The notes: generated by a model not told the origin, from the letters alone. Shown: positions 44,974 to 62,628, counted from the stretch's first letter. The stretch: 64,000 nt of DNA from Lepidodermella squamata (GCA_047495785.1 JBLDXI010000033.1:2728001-2792000); one strand, 5' to 3'. Made by a program: numbers and translations.

Positions 44974-46785
44974 TCAATTATCAGCAGCAACGGCAGCAGT
45001 TGTTCCCTCCACCTTTTTAGCACTCTCGTTGTTACTCAACTTCTGTACGCCTTTCTTTTGATTAGCACCGGCTTTATCAGTTCTCAGCGGCGGAGGAATG
45101 AAGTACGGAATCTTACCACGCTGCAGATCAACCAAAAATGTGCGGGCGGCCGAGCCCAATTCAGGCTCTCCTCCGGGACCGAGACGCCCCAGACGCTTTG
45201 CGAGAGCATCAAGGAACTCATCGCAATCATGCCAAAATGGCTTATTCGGATCCTTTTTCTCAGCACCATCTTTCTTCTCTTCCTCCTCCTCCGATGCAGG
45301 TGCAGACAATCCGTAAGTTCGAATGATGTACTGCGGTTTGATGGAGGGCAAAATTAGGTTCACCAGGTGTTCGGGGTCGCGCAAATTTTCCACGCGAACA
45401 GCACCGCGAACGACAAGGCGCGCGACATGCAATGTTGGCGCCGATGCATCGTACTGGTTGTATTCCTCCAACGAAATCGTTGGCGCTTGATGAACGCCAG
45501 AACCCGTGCTGGTGCCGGGTGGGGCAACCACCACGCCGGGGCAGTCGATCAAATAGATTTTCTTCGAAAGGGCAACATATTGCCACACACGAGTCTGGCC
45601 TGGAAGAGCGGCTACACTGCACACATTTTTGGCGCGCAGAGAATTGATAGCTGAACTTTTTCCAACGTTGGGATAGCCAACAAAACCAACGGAGATCTGC
45701 TTCTTGTCACCAGCGTGGAGCTTGGCAAACTGACGCAGCAGATGCAGAAGGGGTTGGCGACCAAATTGGCGGCCACTGCCTGGCGGGCAGTTGGCGCGGA
45801 ACGCCAGAGTAGGGTACTCGGGTGACAGCGTCTGAATCCAACGACGCAGCGACCATGTCGGCACTAAATCGGCCTTGTTGAGCAGAAGCACCATGTGCTT
45901 GTGCGGGAAATCTTTTCGCATTCTTTGCTCCAGGCTTAAACAGCGTGTTCCTTGCGGATCACGAGCATCTAGAACCTGAATTATCACATCCGACGAATCG
46001 ACAACCTTCCATAATTCGCTCCAAATTCGACGACTTTTGCCAGCGCGTAAAACGCGAGCATCTTCCGATTCCCATTCCAGCATAGATTCAGGGTTCAGGG
46101 TCAGCCCAGCTACTCCGACGGAACTTGATGTAGTTGGGTTCTGTTGCTTGGCTTCAAATTCCACAGCTTTTTTCTTGGCCTCGCTAGCCAGCTCACTCTC
46201 GTGAACAGCCAACAGCCTAGAAGGTCGTTTCCGCTGGGATTTTTTCCCAAAGACGTAAGAATAAGATTCAGCCTGCAAAAGGTTTCCACCAACTTGTGGC
46301 GCTGAGTCACCGTCAGTTTTATCTGCGTTTGGTTTTAGTGGATTTTTTGATTTCTTGTTTTCTGATAGTAAAGAGATGGGAAGTTTTGTAGCGTTGAGCA
46401 CTACACGGTAAGGGTCGGCCATTGCGCTGCGAAGCTCTGTGTCAAACCTTTGAAGAGCTTGCTGTCCTATCATGCGAGTGTTGCCGAACCATTTGACACT
46501 AGACTCTACGCGAGCCATCGTGCCTGGAGCAACAGCAGACTGAAATGGAGCAGGTCGAATAATGCGACCAGTCTTGTCACGCGTTGGTCCATAATTTTTA
46601 TACATGAGCAAGCGTCGAACAGTTGATCGGTCTCGCAGGCCTCCGGTGCCACCTTTCGCAGACACCGACTGGCTGACTCTTCCATCTGGGTTCAAGGGAT
46701 GCTTCTGGTTACTCACGGTACCTTGATGTTTACGTTTTTTGGTGCTTTTTAGCAACCCAGCCAAACGCTTTCGTGAACCAGCCAT
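44974..46785 (-). CDS. GNL2: Nucleolar GTP-binding protein 2 (NOG2/NGP1), intronless
   Basis: NGP1NT region (RDRSTVRRLLMY, KWFGNTR), RIWSELWKVVDSSDV, NKADL, ISVGFVGYPNVGKSS, LIDCPG. Confidence 0.95.
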   Translation of the reverse strand: MAGSRKRLAGLLKSTKKRKHQGTVSNQKHPLNPDGRVSQSVSAKGGTGGLRDRSTVRRLLMYKNYGPTRDKTGRIIRPAPFQSAVAPGTMARVESSVKWFGNTRMIGQQALQRFDTELRSAMADPYRVVLNATKLPISLLSENKKSKNPLKPNADKTDGDSAPQVGGNLLQAESYSYVFGKKSQRKRPSRLLAVHESELASEAKKKAVEFEAKQQNPTTSSSVGVAGLTLNPESMLEWESEDARVLRAGKSRRIWSELWKVVDSSDVIIQVLDARDPQGTRCLSLEQRMRKDFPHKHMVLLLNKADLVPTWSLRRWIQTLSPEYPTLAFRANCPPGSGRQFGRQPLLHLLRQFAKLHAGDKKQISVGFVGYPNVGKSSAINSLRAKNVCSVAALPGQTRVWQYVALSKKIYLIDCPGVVVAPPGTSTGSGVHQAPTISLEEYNQYDASAPTLHVARLVVRGAVRVENLRDPEHLVNLILPSIKPQYIIRTYGLSAPASEEEEEKKDGAEKKDPNKPFWHDCDEFLDALAKRLGRLGPGGEPELGSAARTFLVDLQRGKIPYFIPPPLRTDKAGANQKKGVQKLSNNESAKKVEGTTAAVAADN

Positions 46786-47059
46786 TATAAAATCAAATCC
46801 TAAGCAAATAGAGATGAAATAAATGTTCAAGCAGAAGCTATCAAATAAGAGAAACGAAGGCTACAAGTGCACAGAGATAAAATCTCTGGGGTAAACGATG
46901 GCGTCTTATGTTGAACCCGCAGAAAAGCGAGACTAAGATTTTTGGTCATCAAGGAAATACTCTGATCTTTCGCCTCGAGCTTTAAGCGATTCCTCCGGTC
47001 AATCAGGCGCGGCCTGCATCTGGATCCGCAGTTGTCCTCGTCTCACCACATAGACGCGT

Positions 47060-47400
47060 CAATCACGTCGGCATTCCGTATGGAATTTAACTTTACCCAA
47101 CAGGGTGTGCAATTATCACTCTTTTGGAGCCGAACCTGCTCTATGGTGCACCAGTATTGTTCTGCTTGTCTCTTCCGCCTTAAGCCGTCTTCCAGACAAG
47201 TCCTAAGCATGCTGCCTGAAAGTCCTGCTAAGCCTTCCCTGAGAAACCCACCCGACTGACGTCATCGATTTTGCCGGAACCGCTGGCATCGAAGTTCGAA
47301 TAAGCCATCAAGAAATAAGATGAGCGCTGTCTCGCAAGTTTACTCGGAAGTAGCTAATTACCCTGATCACATACCCTGAAGACTACCGTTGAGGGTCAAA
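47060..47400 (+). mobile_element. Possible degraded non-LTR retrotransposon 3' fragment
   Basis: Translates locally to TLLEPNLLYGAPV, resembling the post-RT 'L..P.L.YG.PVW' motif; otherwise decayed. Confidence 0.25.
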
Positions 47401-48883
47401 GTGTGACTGATTGAAAAAATCTAAGATCTAAGCCACTATATTGATAATAGCCATCAATGTAACTTGATATAATTGATTGATGGACAGGTTTGTAGGTTAA
47501 TGAATGCCCTTGAAAGTATTTTACGATGCGCAAGTTCCAAGCTCTAAGCTTCTATCTGACTGGACAAGGATAACGAATGGATAAATGAGCATAGTCGTCA
47601 ATAACACGAAAATATGCTTTCGGTTCCCAGTTCAAGATTAAGCACATATAAAACCAGAAACATAAAAGGCGTTGGTGGTGACCATTTCCGCAAGCATAAT
47701 ACTTAACACAAATCGGTATGAAATGGCGTTCCACCATAACGTGATGATCGTTGACGGTGATGAATTAATGGATCCAAATGTTGCTCCCTTGCAGGTAGAT
47801 CGCAAATCGCAAGCATCTGATCCGTTTCTCAATCGAATGTGAATTATGAAAAATCAGCAATTAGAAAACACGCGCTTCTCAATACGAAATTTATCAGATT
47901 TAATCGAAACATGCGTTCCGAAGAAAAGAAGGAAAATATAAAATGTGTTATAAAATGTATATTATGTTTAAGCGTTCCGAAGAACAAAGGGAGAAGTCAG
48001 AGATCTCGGATCTCAAACCCACGGCTTACATGGGTAAAGGATCTTTTGCTGGTAAGGCTCTCGAAGTACTATGGTTCGACTGCGCTCACTCCAGCTTTGA
48101 CGCTTTCCTTTGCGATCCGTTCCAAAAACGCTCTTGAGAATCCTCTGAGTCAGCAGGCGCGGAGGGCGAATAATTTTGGTTATGAAAATTATTTTGACGC
48201 TTAATATCTGAAGAAAATTCGGAATAGCTCAAGAATCTAATTTCAATTACAAAAATAATACATTAGACGTTGTCATTTGAATTTGGGGAAAAGTGCGATA
48301 TGCGGACAAAACCCGCCGGGTTTCACACAGTTTTTCAGGTTGGCAAAGGACCAAAACATCACGGTCAAGTTCGCGTTATCCCACCGGAGAACTCATCATC
48401 AGCAACAAATTTAGATATTTTCTTGTTCGCCATGATCTTAAATACTATACTATAGTAAACAATTAGAGATCGAAAGCTCCCCTAATCACATTTGGAGGAG
48501 ATTCCCCGATTGAGGAAAGTGGTTGCATATCGTGGATGCCGGGAAAAAAATGTCGACGTCGTGGCCTCTTATGGCGCGCCGTACGCTGTGAAACACGTTT
48601 GCAGCCAATTATGTGGGCAAAAATTGGGGCTCTCTTTATCTTCACCATTATTTAACATATTATTCAACGCGATTAAGCAATCATATACGTCATGCGTCCT
48701 GCGTCACATCAATTACTTAGCGTCACGTCAGGCAAAATTCAAGTCATACCTTTCTATATACATAATTGAACTACAAAGACCCTAGATACTAGATCCGGGA
48801 TGATTGGCCGATTGAACATTTTCAAATGTTTCGAGGTGTCTCATAACAGGCAGGTGCCTGCATTTCCCCCTCTCTCTATCCTC

Positions 48884-49045
48884 TACAAAATTCACCTTTT
48901 TGCGTAAACCAGACTAAGACCCCAAAATCCGTCCGGTTTAAAAAGTCCGGTTTAGACAGTAAAATTATAAAGTCCAAACTGTTGGATCGAGCCACCCGAA
49001 AACGTCCGGTTTAGAGAAAGTCCGGTTTAGACATTTTTCACTGTA
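48884..49045. mobile_element. Short MITE-like element with four GTCCGGTTTA subrepeats, ending CACTGTA
   Basis: gtccggttta at 48931, 48945, 49004 and 49020; degenerate inverted copy taaaccagact at ~48905. Confidence 0.5.
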
Positions 49046-49848
49046 AGTGAATTCCCCCGTCAAGTTGATGTGGTCCTACTCCACCTTCTGTAAATAATTT
49101 AATTAATGGGCTAAGTCAGAAGTTCGCTCAATTTTTTTGGGGCCGTTTACCTTTGGTTTCCCGGCCCGAATTTTATTAATAAAAGGTACATCGGCGATTC
49201 TCGACTTCAATGCGTATTGCGCGTCTGACAGCCTACTTAGTTATCCAAGAGACCGACTATGGCAAATATGGGACCGTTGCCTTTTCATAATTTCCTGCTG
49301 AGTTCCCAAGTTTTCATGATGGATTATGTTTTCGCTTTTCGCCCTGCCTTCAATAAAATTTGAGTAAGATAGGTATGTGCTTGTACATACGCTTTTGTGC
49401 TTGAAGCTGCCGGAATAACTCAATTACAATCAATTAGTGTACCTCTGAGTTATGAAATATTACTGGGATATAACATTGTCATGGACATATGTCCGATCAA
49501 AAATGAAATAGTGTGCTTCAGATTAATTTTTAAGCCCGGGAGCTGGTGATTTATGGCTTGATTTGTAGCTCTTGTAAGTTTGCACCTAAATATCGCGTAG
49601 ACTGCCAAAGTAATGCACAGCTGGTCAGTTCTGTTAATCCAATAGCATGTCAGCCATGTACAGCATACTTTTATATTAAAATTATAATTATTGCAACATA
49701 CGTATGCTTAGAAGTCTGTATTATATTTCAGCTTTTATTGTGATATCGTAGCTATCTGGTTGCGAAAATTGCGCTTGAGAAGACCTTAATTTTCCTCGTT
49801 TGCATTCATTATGTTCATCTTTTATATTGTTGTAGGTATTTTGAGTAA

Positions 49849-52800
49849 ATGGAAACCAGACCTAATAATAGGGTCTATGTTATTCAATTTCTCATAATTT
49901 TATTGAACATTGCTCAAACTGCAGGAGCGTTATCTCAAGTAGCAAATGTGGAATTCTCGCCATCAAATCCTTTTATCAATTATCCTGCAGTTTTATCACT
50001 GAGAGTCAACGTTTTCTCCAAAGTCTTTCACATCAAGTTATTCCAGAGCAGGTTTGTAATTTCATATTGATAATATTGAAATTGCTAAAACTTCGCTTTT
50101 CCAGCGTTGTTGCTCCGCACCTTCACTCTTCATCTCCGAACAATCCACTTAGTTGTCACTACGAAGGCTATGTCGAAGCATATGATAAATCAGATTCAGC
50201 ATTTTCATTGTGTTCACCCGAGGAAGCTCAGTGAGTTTTGATGATTTATACGCAGCTTACCATACACATTTTTTGTATCCAGTGGTCTTATTTATCTCAA
50301 TGAGCGAACTCGAGTAGTAATGAATGCGTGTACAGACCGAATTAAATGTGAGCGTGGGGTCGAATACAATTTCACTGGTATGTTGCCTTATCAACCTTGA
50401 ATTCTATGATTCACTCGTCGTTTTTCAAGCTTATGGAAACGTGAATAACGTAGCCGTACGGCCGGCACGCGCGTCAAGTCATAATTTTTTGCTTCAGCGA
50501 GCGAAACGCGAGGTTTATGCGGCGCCTTCTTCTCCTAGCAACGGCGAGCCGCCGATGCTGAAAATACTAGGCGAAAACGCCGACACACTGTACGTGCGAT
50601 TATTAATGGCCAGTGATTCGCAGCAATTTTCGAACAACAACAACATCAAACAGCAAACAGAAAAACGCGCTCTTCAGGTACACACTTCATTTATTGCTCA
50701 AGGTCAATTGCCTCGCCATATGGCCTTCGGCTACTGTGTCTGGTTTCGATCATTTTTATTAATAATTTCGTTGAAATATAGCGCAGCTCATGAACGCGTA
50801 TGATTAATTGCGGCTCTCTAGTCGAATGGGCCTATAGGCAGTGTTTTGATATCAGTTATACCAGGCTGGAGAGTTCTTTCCCATTTATAATTTATGATAA
50901 GAAATATGGTAATCAACCAAATTAGTTGAATATCAAACATTATTGAATCAAGTTGGGCGATAGAAATCATAAAGGTGAAACTGATATTGTAATGTTTGGA
51001 ATATTGACTGAGAAAAATGTTACCGAATCCAAAGCCTGTAGCAAGCTTTAAATGCGGAACTCAAATAACCGAAAAGAAATGTTTAATTCAAAAGATGATG
51101 GATACGTTATGCTAAAATATTGGTGGAGGTTGCAGAGATGACAAACAATACTATTTTCTTATAGATTGCCAACGTTGCAGCGTTGCTGATGCGCCCACTC
51201 AATGTTGTTTTATATGTCATGGAACACCGTGTTCTCGGCTCTAGCGATGTATCGGCGTCGAATACGTCAGTCATGTTGGGGCAGATTCAAAAATATCGCG
51301 CCGCTAACGTAGATCCGACGCGCAGTGACATAGACGTCATGCACGTGTTAACATCGGCCAAGTTCGACGACAACGGCAACTCGGCTGATGCTGATCTGCT
51401 GGGCCAGGCGTACATCAGTGGCATCTGCTCGAAATACGCCGTCAGTTTCAGCGTAGACCTTACCAACAGTATTGTGCAGGTCGGCGCCACTATGGCTCAT
51501 GAAATCGGGCACTTGCTCGGTCTTCAACACGACCGCGACGGCTGCGTCTGTCCGTTTTCGGATCTCTCGGACTCGGCCAAGGTAGAGCTGAACTCCAGCC
51601 AGTGTATTATGGTAGCTGCGAAGGCGGTTGCCGGATCCCAGCCGCTAGCTTGGTCAAATTGCTCAATCGCCAAGTTGGCGGATAACCGAAAGAGGATGCC
51701 TCCCATCTGCCTACGACAGCGGCCAGTTGTTTCAACGCATCTAAAACCGCTCTGTGGCAATGGCATAGTCGAAGAAGGTAAATCATTTTCTCATTCTCAA
51801 CTACGGCATTATATGGTAATACCAATTATGTATTTTTCACCCAGGTGAAGATTGCGACTGTGGTGCTACTGAACTTGTCTCTGACTGGGCTGATGTCGCA
51901 ATTGATCAGTCGAAGCAAAAACCGCCATGCTCTCTGCAATGCTGTGACTTCAACACATGCCGTTTCGCTCGAAAGAACGTGACATGTGCGACTGGAGACT
52001 GCTGCAACTTGGATACTTGTCAGCTTCTTCCGAAGCATACCGAGTGTCGGAAAGCCGGCTCCGAATGCGATCTGCCCGAGTATTGCAGCGGCTCATCGGA
52101 ATACTGCCCACGCGATCTGCATAAGGCAACCGGCTACGCGTGTAAAAGTGACCCTACTCTGCCTGAACCGGACAGTCTCTGCTTTGCCGGGCAGTGTCAC
52201 TCGCGTACATCGCAGTGCCGAGCGCTTTGGGGCCGCGGCGCATACGAGGCGAAACGTGAGTGTTACTTGGAGAACAAGCGTGGTACGGAGGATGCCAATT
52301 GTGGCCACTACCGAATCTCATTCGATTCGGACGGGCAGATCAAACAAGGCAAGGCGATCGTTAAGTGTCCGACTGACGAGGACACGTTTTGCGGCACACT
52401 GAAATGCGATGGCCTTCAGACCTCGACCACCAGCCCTTATTTGTTCGTGCCGCCTATTCTCATCGACAACCGGTTCGGATGCGGGTGGCTCCTCGGTGGG
52501 ATGCTACCTGACTATGGCCTCGTTCGCAATGGTACGAAATGCAAACCCCCGGGAAAGACAGGAGTAGACGGAGTTTGCTTGAACAACCTATGCGTTTCCC
52601 TCAACGACACCGAAGCCATTATTAATGCAATCCTCGAAGCTGAAGGTAAATACTCCTTTTTCAAAATTGATTTCTTGTTATCTCCAATTGATATTGCTAG
52701 GTCTGGGCGATCACTATTCTCTATTGCCAGCCGCTCTAAAGCCGAACGGTATCCTTGCGTCGCAGTGTGTTTGCACCGACCAGCGTTGTGTTTGCAACAG

Positions 52801-53755
52801 CGTGGGCAGTCGGCACTGCGCGCCAGGGTTTGAGCCTCCACTTTGCGAGTCATCTGGTTGCGGTGGCTCCTTCGAGTCTAACTCGGCCGGGCTATGTGTG
52901 CGAGCAGATAGTTCCAGCCTCAGTTACGGTGCTACAATAGCCATCGCCGTTATCGTCAGCGTGGTCGTGCTCATAGTCATTGCCCTCATCGTTGTGTTCG
53001 CCATTGGTCGCAAGCGCCTCGCCGAGATGTGGTATCACTCACGTCTCTTCGTAGAAGTCGAACACATGCGGGATCGCTTCAGCTCGGCCCGCCCGATCTC
53101 ATCTGCCCAGCACAAATCAGGCAATTTCAGACCCAACTCGGCTGGCAGGCGGTCGCTCAGAGGCCCACCTGGACCCGCGCCAATCCATGCCGTAACGGCA
53201 TCGAATGGTGGTTTAGAAATATATGGCCACCATGTCGCGAGGCCTCACAGCGGCATCGTAGCGAATGACCAGATCTTGGTTGAAATTCGTCGGCCATCTT
53301 CCGGCGCTAACCTACAACGAGTAGCTTCCTCTCCGACTTCGAAACCACGCGTTCCCTCTGCGCCCCCGCCTCAACAGCCAGGATTTATTCCACAGAGACC
53401 ACCCCAACCTCGATCGGCCGTTACGCGGCCTGCTCAACTTCCCCCACCTCTACCGTCCAATCCACCTCCGCTTTCGGATGACAGCGTGCCGAAATCAGTG
53501 AGTGAAGCAAAGGCTCGGTTTGCTGGCGTGGTCCCAGCCGCGCCAAGTCATAATCCGAGCCGGACGCCCCCTCGTGAGTCTCAAGCAGCTCAGTGGTTCA
53601 ACAACGTGCTGAAACAGAACAAAGAACGTGCGAGTCCAGTCATGCAGCGGCAGCCGATTCTCAGCAGCCCCGAACAGCAGCCGAGTAATCTGCAACGCCG
53701 CCCATCTCTCGGCGGTGCGAATGCAGTTCAACTCACTCGAGTTTTTCCGCAATAG
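49849..53755 (+). CDS. ADAM-family membrane metalloprotease (disintegrin and metalloproteinase)
   Basis: Signal peptide, prodomain with RAKR furin site, HEIGHLLGLQHD zinc motif and CIM Met-turn, CGNGIVEEGEDCDCG disintegrin (ECDLPEYC), Cys-rich domain, EGF-like domain, TM helix, Pro-rich tail. Confidence 0.93.
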
Positions 53756-54669
53756 ATTTTTGAAATTGTTTTTGTTTTATACTGTGTATCGTGATGATAA
53801 ATTTGAGCCACATTTTATTAGTACGTCTGATGTTTGATCGATGAGATGACGCACCCGGTGGGCACTTGCTTCTCATTGCTAATTGTAACATTTTGTCAGC
53901 ATCCCTTTATAATGATGCTACATTTGCGAATCAGAGCTCCCACTCTTTAAAACGGTTCCAATAATGGCGAAAATTCCGACGCCCCTCTACGCTTTCCTTG
54001 ATTAATTATTACAACTGACCAGTTTTGCATAATATATTCGCCCCGCCGCTGAGTTAGCTTTAATTATAACATGGCGCCCATTTTCTTGCTTACGCACATT
54101 ATTCAAACGTTTATTTAATGAATCGTGTTTAATTATTAACCTATTTATTAATTGTGGTCGTGCGTGATTGTTTCTTGAACTGTCGAGCGCATGTCGCTGC
54201 ATTGTTTAGCGACGAGATTTGTCGCATGTTTAGGCGGCTGATTATTTTACTGTTCAATTCTTCTCACTTCTGTGCCTTGTAGAGAGCGAATCGATGCATT
54301 TACGAATGAGCTGACTTTCATATTTTGCATTATATTTCAACATTTCTAAAAACACTGAAAATAAAACTGAAGATGTATGCTCGACGATTTTTACTGTGCT
54401 GTAAAATGATAAATACTTATGTATTAATGGCCAGTATCTTGTTAAATTGGTATGCTAAGCACAGAGAACACTTTCGCATTCGCTGATGGAACTTGCAGCC
54501 TCAAAAAGCTGAAGCTGATGATAAAGTGACTTAGCAGCTTCCACTTTTCCACACCAACGGACGCTTTCTACAATAATAAATTGATTTAGGACACACAGTC
54601 GGGCAGTATAGGATCATAGTTATCAGAGGTCCACAGAATGATCGTGTTATCAGCTCCAAAAGTCGAGAT

Positions 54670-55644
<975 letters not shown>

Positions 55645-56663
55645 TTTCCCGGTACTAAAATTTATAATACTTGTATATTTGGGCCGAAAACGGCACAACC
55701 ACTCAGTGGATGCCGCAAGAAATGGATGGTAATAAATCGATAAATATGCGAATGCGGCGATGTCTCCGGAAAAAACTTGCTCCGCGAAATGCGAAGCATT
55801 AGTCAGACAAAACCATGTTGAAATCGCGCGATTCCGTTTCTGCAAGACCGTCGTACAAATATTATTTCTGCCGGAGTAATGGTCAGAGCAGATGCAGCAT
55901 GCTATGCAGATATCTCTAGAGCCCGCTATGATCAGTGTTAATTCCAACTGTCTCTTTCATGCGATGAATAAATGTGTGCTGTGAAAAAAACTATAAATTC
56001 AGCTCTTGTAACAAATGAAGATGGCATTAAAGACTATCTGATGCTTCAGCGCGGCTCTGTCGTGCACATGCTCTTCATACACTTAATTTTTTTCCTGCTG
56101 AAGTTATATGCGAAACTTGTGTCTGTTAGCTGAGCATCCTGTGCGTGAGGATTATTGATTAATTCGAGCTCAACATAGAACGAGCCGCGTCGGTTTCATC
56201 AGCAATCCTTCATCGTTCAGCTGCCGCCGCACTGATACGTGATACCTCACTTCTGCCGTTTTGAAACGAAGGGCTCTCAAGCGTAGGCAGTAGAACGATA
56301 TAAATTTATGCTTTATTAGCAAATTTCCGACAATAATATATTATGAGTCGTCCACTCTATCGCTGCAAAATAATGTATGTCAACGATTCTGCAGGTATAT
56401 TCTGCTGTTTGTCACGCAAGGCCCACGGAAAATATGCATATAAATATACGTGGAATGTATTGAAGTGCGATTCCGATGGAAGACAGCCGAAAAAAGCACA
56501 CATTTACACGACATTAACAAAGCAGGCGTGAGGTGAATATTATTAGTAGCAGCAGTGACGTAAAAACTTCAAACAGGCAACAATTTTGAGTTTGGCAACA
56601 TTACAGTCTCAGATATTCGAACAAAGAGATTGCAGCCCGAGCAGTCATCGTTAATCAGCAGTT

Positions 56664-57710
<1,047 letters not shown>

Positions 57711-58142
57711 GACTGTGCAGATTAATATCTAAAACTAAAAGTTAAAAACTCAATCAAATTCCGAAAATAGCAAAAATTTTACTCATTCCGCTCACTGCGA
57801 TATAATACAACAAAGTAGACTAGCACATTATGGTAATAGACCCATCATCTCAAGGAAGAATAAACTCGTCTCACGGTAAATATTTGCAAGTATCAAAATT
57901 AATAAATATTGCTAAATGCGAGTTGAGTATTGCTATTGCGAAGAAAGAATATCATTCAAGTGATACAAAGTTGAGGATACCTTCTGTTGATGGAAGATAA
58001 AAATGTACGCGAATCAATCAAGATGAAAAAATGCGTTAGACGTGTAAGTAGGTTTTTCAAGAGTATTCAGTTACAATGAATTTATCCGTTAGCAAAATTA
58101 TTCCTGTTTTCCCTTGTTACTCGCGAGAATTTTCATTTCATA

Positions 58143-59849
<1,707 letters not shown>

Positions 59850-60886
59850 TTTACAATATTACAGACGTGATATGCCTACGAAAATTTTAGAGATTGTCAA
59901 AGCATATAGCAATTCAGTTTGTATTCGCAAAAAATCGCAAGAATGTAATCTTGAAACTTGAAAGCTACCACTCATTTCGAAATCACTTAGCAGCCGAAGG
60001 TATGTTCATTTCATCGATTTGACGCAAGGACTGTATGAGCAAGAGCTAACTAAGCTCAAACACGGTAGCTTTATTTACACACCATTATGATACTCTTAGC
60101 CTGGAAAAATTGGAAGCTTAAACATTGCGGTTATGGTTGCTTTAATAATTCATGTCCAAAGCGTGGGCATTTACTGTATCAATGCGCGTCCAATATCGAT
60201 TTCCATAGCAATGTAAATAATAAATAATCTGAAAATACTTAATAATTTGTATTAAAAAATTATAGATAAAACCAATAATTTCATGTCAATATTATTAATG
60301 CATATGGTGCGCGGTAAATTTGAAATCTTCACGGATTAGTATTCCGAAGTGGAGCAGAAGAGAGGCAATCGAATCTACTTACGCGTTCGTGCTTCCTACC
60401 AAGACCTAGCTGTTTCCATCTTTTGTTGTGCTTTCTTTGTTCCACTCCACATAGGCGCAGAATAAAGAGGACAATCACCGATTTAATCAGCGCCCAAGGC
60501 CCAATGCGTTTGGTAGACGACGAGAAACGAGACGTGACAAATGATTTAGGCCCTACCTTCGCATTCATTTGAAGATTGGGTATTGTGCAATAATAATTTC
60601 GCGTCAGCTGCTGCCTTTTCAAACGACTCTGAAGCAAGAAATGGTACCTACGCACTACAAAAGCGGCTTGGCACACGCGGGACAACTTCTGCGACGTTGT
60701 TACTTGTTGATCAAGACTGCAAGGCGCAGCTAGGCCAATTTTAACACGCGCAAAACAAGGCCGTTTTAGACCTGCCGCCGATGATGTTCTGATGCGAACG
60801 CGGTGGGTGATAGGCGAATCTGCAAGGCAATCTACTGGTCCACCTGGTTACAAGCGCCCCCTCAGATGGATTTAGGCGGTGATTTA

Positions 60887-61302
60887 CAAAAGGAGCTGAG
60901 CGCCAACGCAGCTGACCTCCGTGAATACCGCGCGGAGTCAAGTCAAATTTCAAGTTTATTGAACGATCTGTTATTATACAAAAATATAGATCGTTCAATT
61001 TTCTATCCACTGAATATAGGTCTCTCGCTCGAAAAATCAACCGGAAAATGATAAGTTAGTAAATGAATTAATGTCATGTGCGCGCACTCTGAAGCGATGT
61101 GCGCACTAGAATACGCAATCTAGCATGGGCGTAAACGTTTTCTTGTTTATTTTTTTTATCGAGAAACCTGTTATGTTCAGTCAATAGAGAATTGAACGAT
61201 CTATATTTTGCTATGAAGACAGATCGTTCCATGAACTCGACATTTGACTTGACTCCGCGCGGTATGCACGGAGGTCAGCTGCGTTAGAGCTTAGCTCCTT
61301 TT
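60887..61302. mobile_element. MITE / foldback element with ~140-bp imperfect TIRs
   Basis: aaaaggagct..cgcagctgacctccgtg.ataccgcgcggagtcaagtcaaat mirrored by atttgacttgactccgcgcggtat.cacggaggtcagctgcg..agctcctttt. Confidence 0.85.
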
Positions 61303-61457
61303 CGAGCACAGTCAAGTACGGAGCGGCCTACAACCGGGTAGAAATTCAGCAGACAGAGAGCTTCGATATATGAATCTTCGAAACTCGAGGGTTCAGCTTT
61401 TGTCTACTAGTGGCAGTTGATCGAAGATCTGTTAAAATTTTCTTTCGGTTTTAAATA

Positions 61458-62178
61458 CCGTGGCGTGGGGTAACTTGGCCGTAAAAGTCGCCTTCTGATC
61501 GATTTCACATCGAGAAAAACGTTTTTTACGAAATTGTTTCTCATTGGAACATTCCTTGCCACCTGAGCTACAGCTCCCTTTTTAACGAATTCGAAAATCG
61601 ATTTTTAAACGACAATCTTCAATGGCCATCTTCCCTAACGACGCGTCATTCACGGCGTTTCGATGGGTGATTTTTGGCCTCCTCTGTGAAAAGATTAGCA
61701 GCTTCAGGTCAGTACCAACTTGTTCATTTTAGGCGCTGAGATTTTGAGCATTTATAACAAGGAATTCTGGGATAGGATGAAAACGTCGTTTTCTCAGAAA
61801 GATTCCTCTCGGTGATACCTTTCAAATGACAATTTGAACTGAGAAAACAGATGTCGCAATCGCGAGCGGTAATTACCTGAATTTTGTGGGGTAACTTGGC
61901 CGATTTTTAACATGTGAAATGCGCATCCAAATTTGGCCTGCACATGAGAGGGCGTGATGAATCATCGCTCTGGTTTCTGTCAGATGGTTCATCGCCAAAT
62001 GAAATAGCCATGCGGCCAAGTTACCTCACTTCAACCTCCACAGAACGACCGGGTTTTGACCAATCGATCGAGAACTGAACGGGGATTTATTTTGGTATAA
62101 AGTTCAAAGCGAAACAAGTTACCGTAGATATAAGAGGTACAAAAACCATATTTCCGGCCAAGTTACCCCACACCACGG
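61458..62178. mobile_element. Non-autonomous TA-flanked DNA transposon (Tc1/pogo-like MITE)
   Basis: TA|CCGTGGCGTGGGGTAACTTGGCCG ... CGGCCAAGTTACCCCACACCACGG|TA; internal copies of the GGTAACTTGGCC motif at ~61890 and (inverted) ~62013. Confidence 0.87.
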
Positions 62179-62628
62179 TATAATAAAGTTGGCTGAAAAT
62201 AATGAGGACAAAGAAGTCGATATTTAAACAAAATTAATGTTTTGAAACGGCTAACATCCCTCACTTGATTCCGATTTTTTCGACCATTCGCCACGGCCTT
62301 TAATTCCAGTCTTGCCTGATATTTCGCGGTCGTCTAATAATCTGGTGAATACGGTAATTTCTGAATCATTCTGAAAAATATGATGCCTTTTGAAGAAAGA
62401 GCAATCAAGTCGATTCGAGGAGTTACTTTCGTTCATGACCATTTGGTGATACTTCGGATAATGCATTGGGTGAAGCGAAAATTCGGTATCTAACTAGCAT
62501 TCATACAATGAATTTTTTTCGGTAATGAATTGAATGGTTTTAATGCTGAAATAAGCATTTAGATAATGAATGCAGTGAAATTCATTAGCCCAAATTCCAT
62601 TCTCAACTTTAAAATAGCGATTCTTAAC

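Noticed and set aside
44668-45654. Plus-strand ORFs overlapping ISCA1/GNL2 (and similar antisense ORFs over the PLAT, ADAM and myosin regions)
   Set aside because: Shadow frames of well-supported genes on the opposite strand
49128-49170. Sm-site-like AATTTTTTTGG plus hairpin (snRNA/SL RNA)
   Set aside because: No recognisable U-snRNA or SL 5' sequence; lies next to MITE debris
60330-60890. ORFs 60329-60685 and 60803-61051 as genes
   Set aside because: Fragmentary; weak resemblance to decayed non-LTR retrotransposon C-termini (LYSAPMWS, DRRICKAIYW), and the second runs into a MITE
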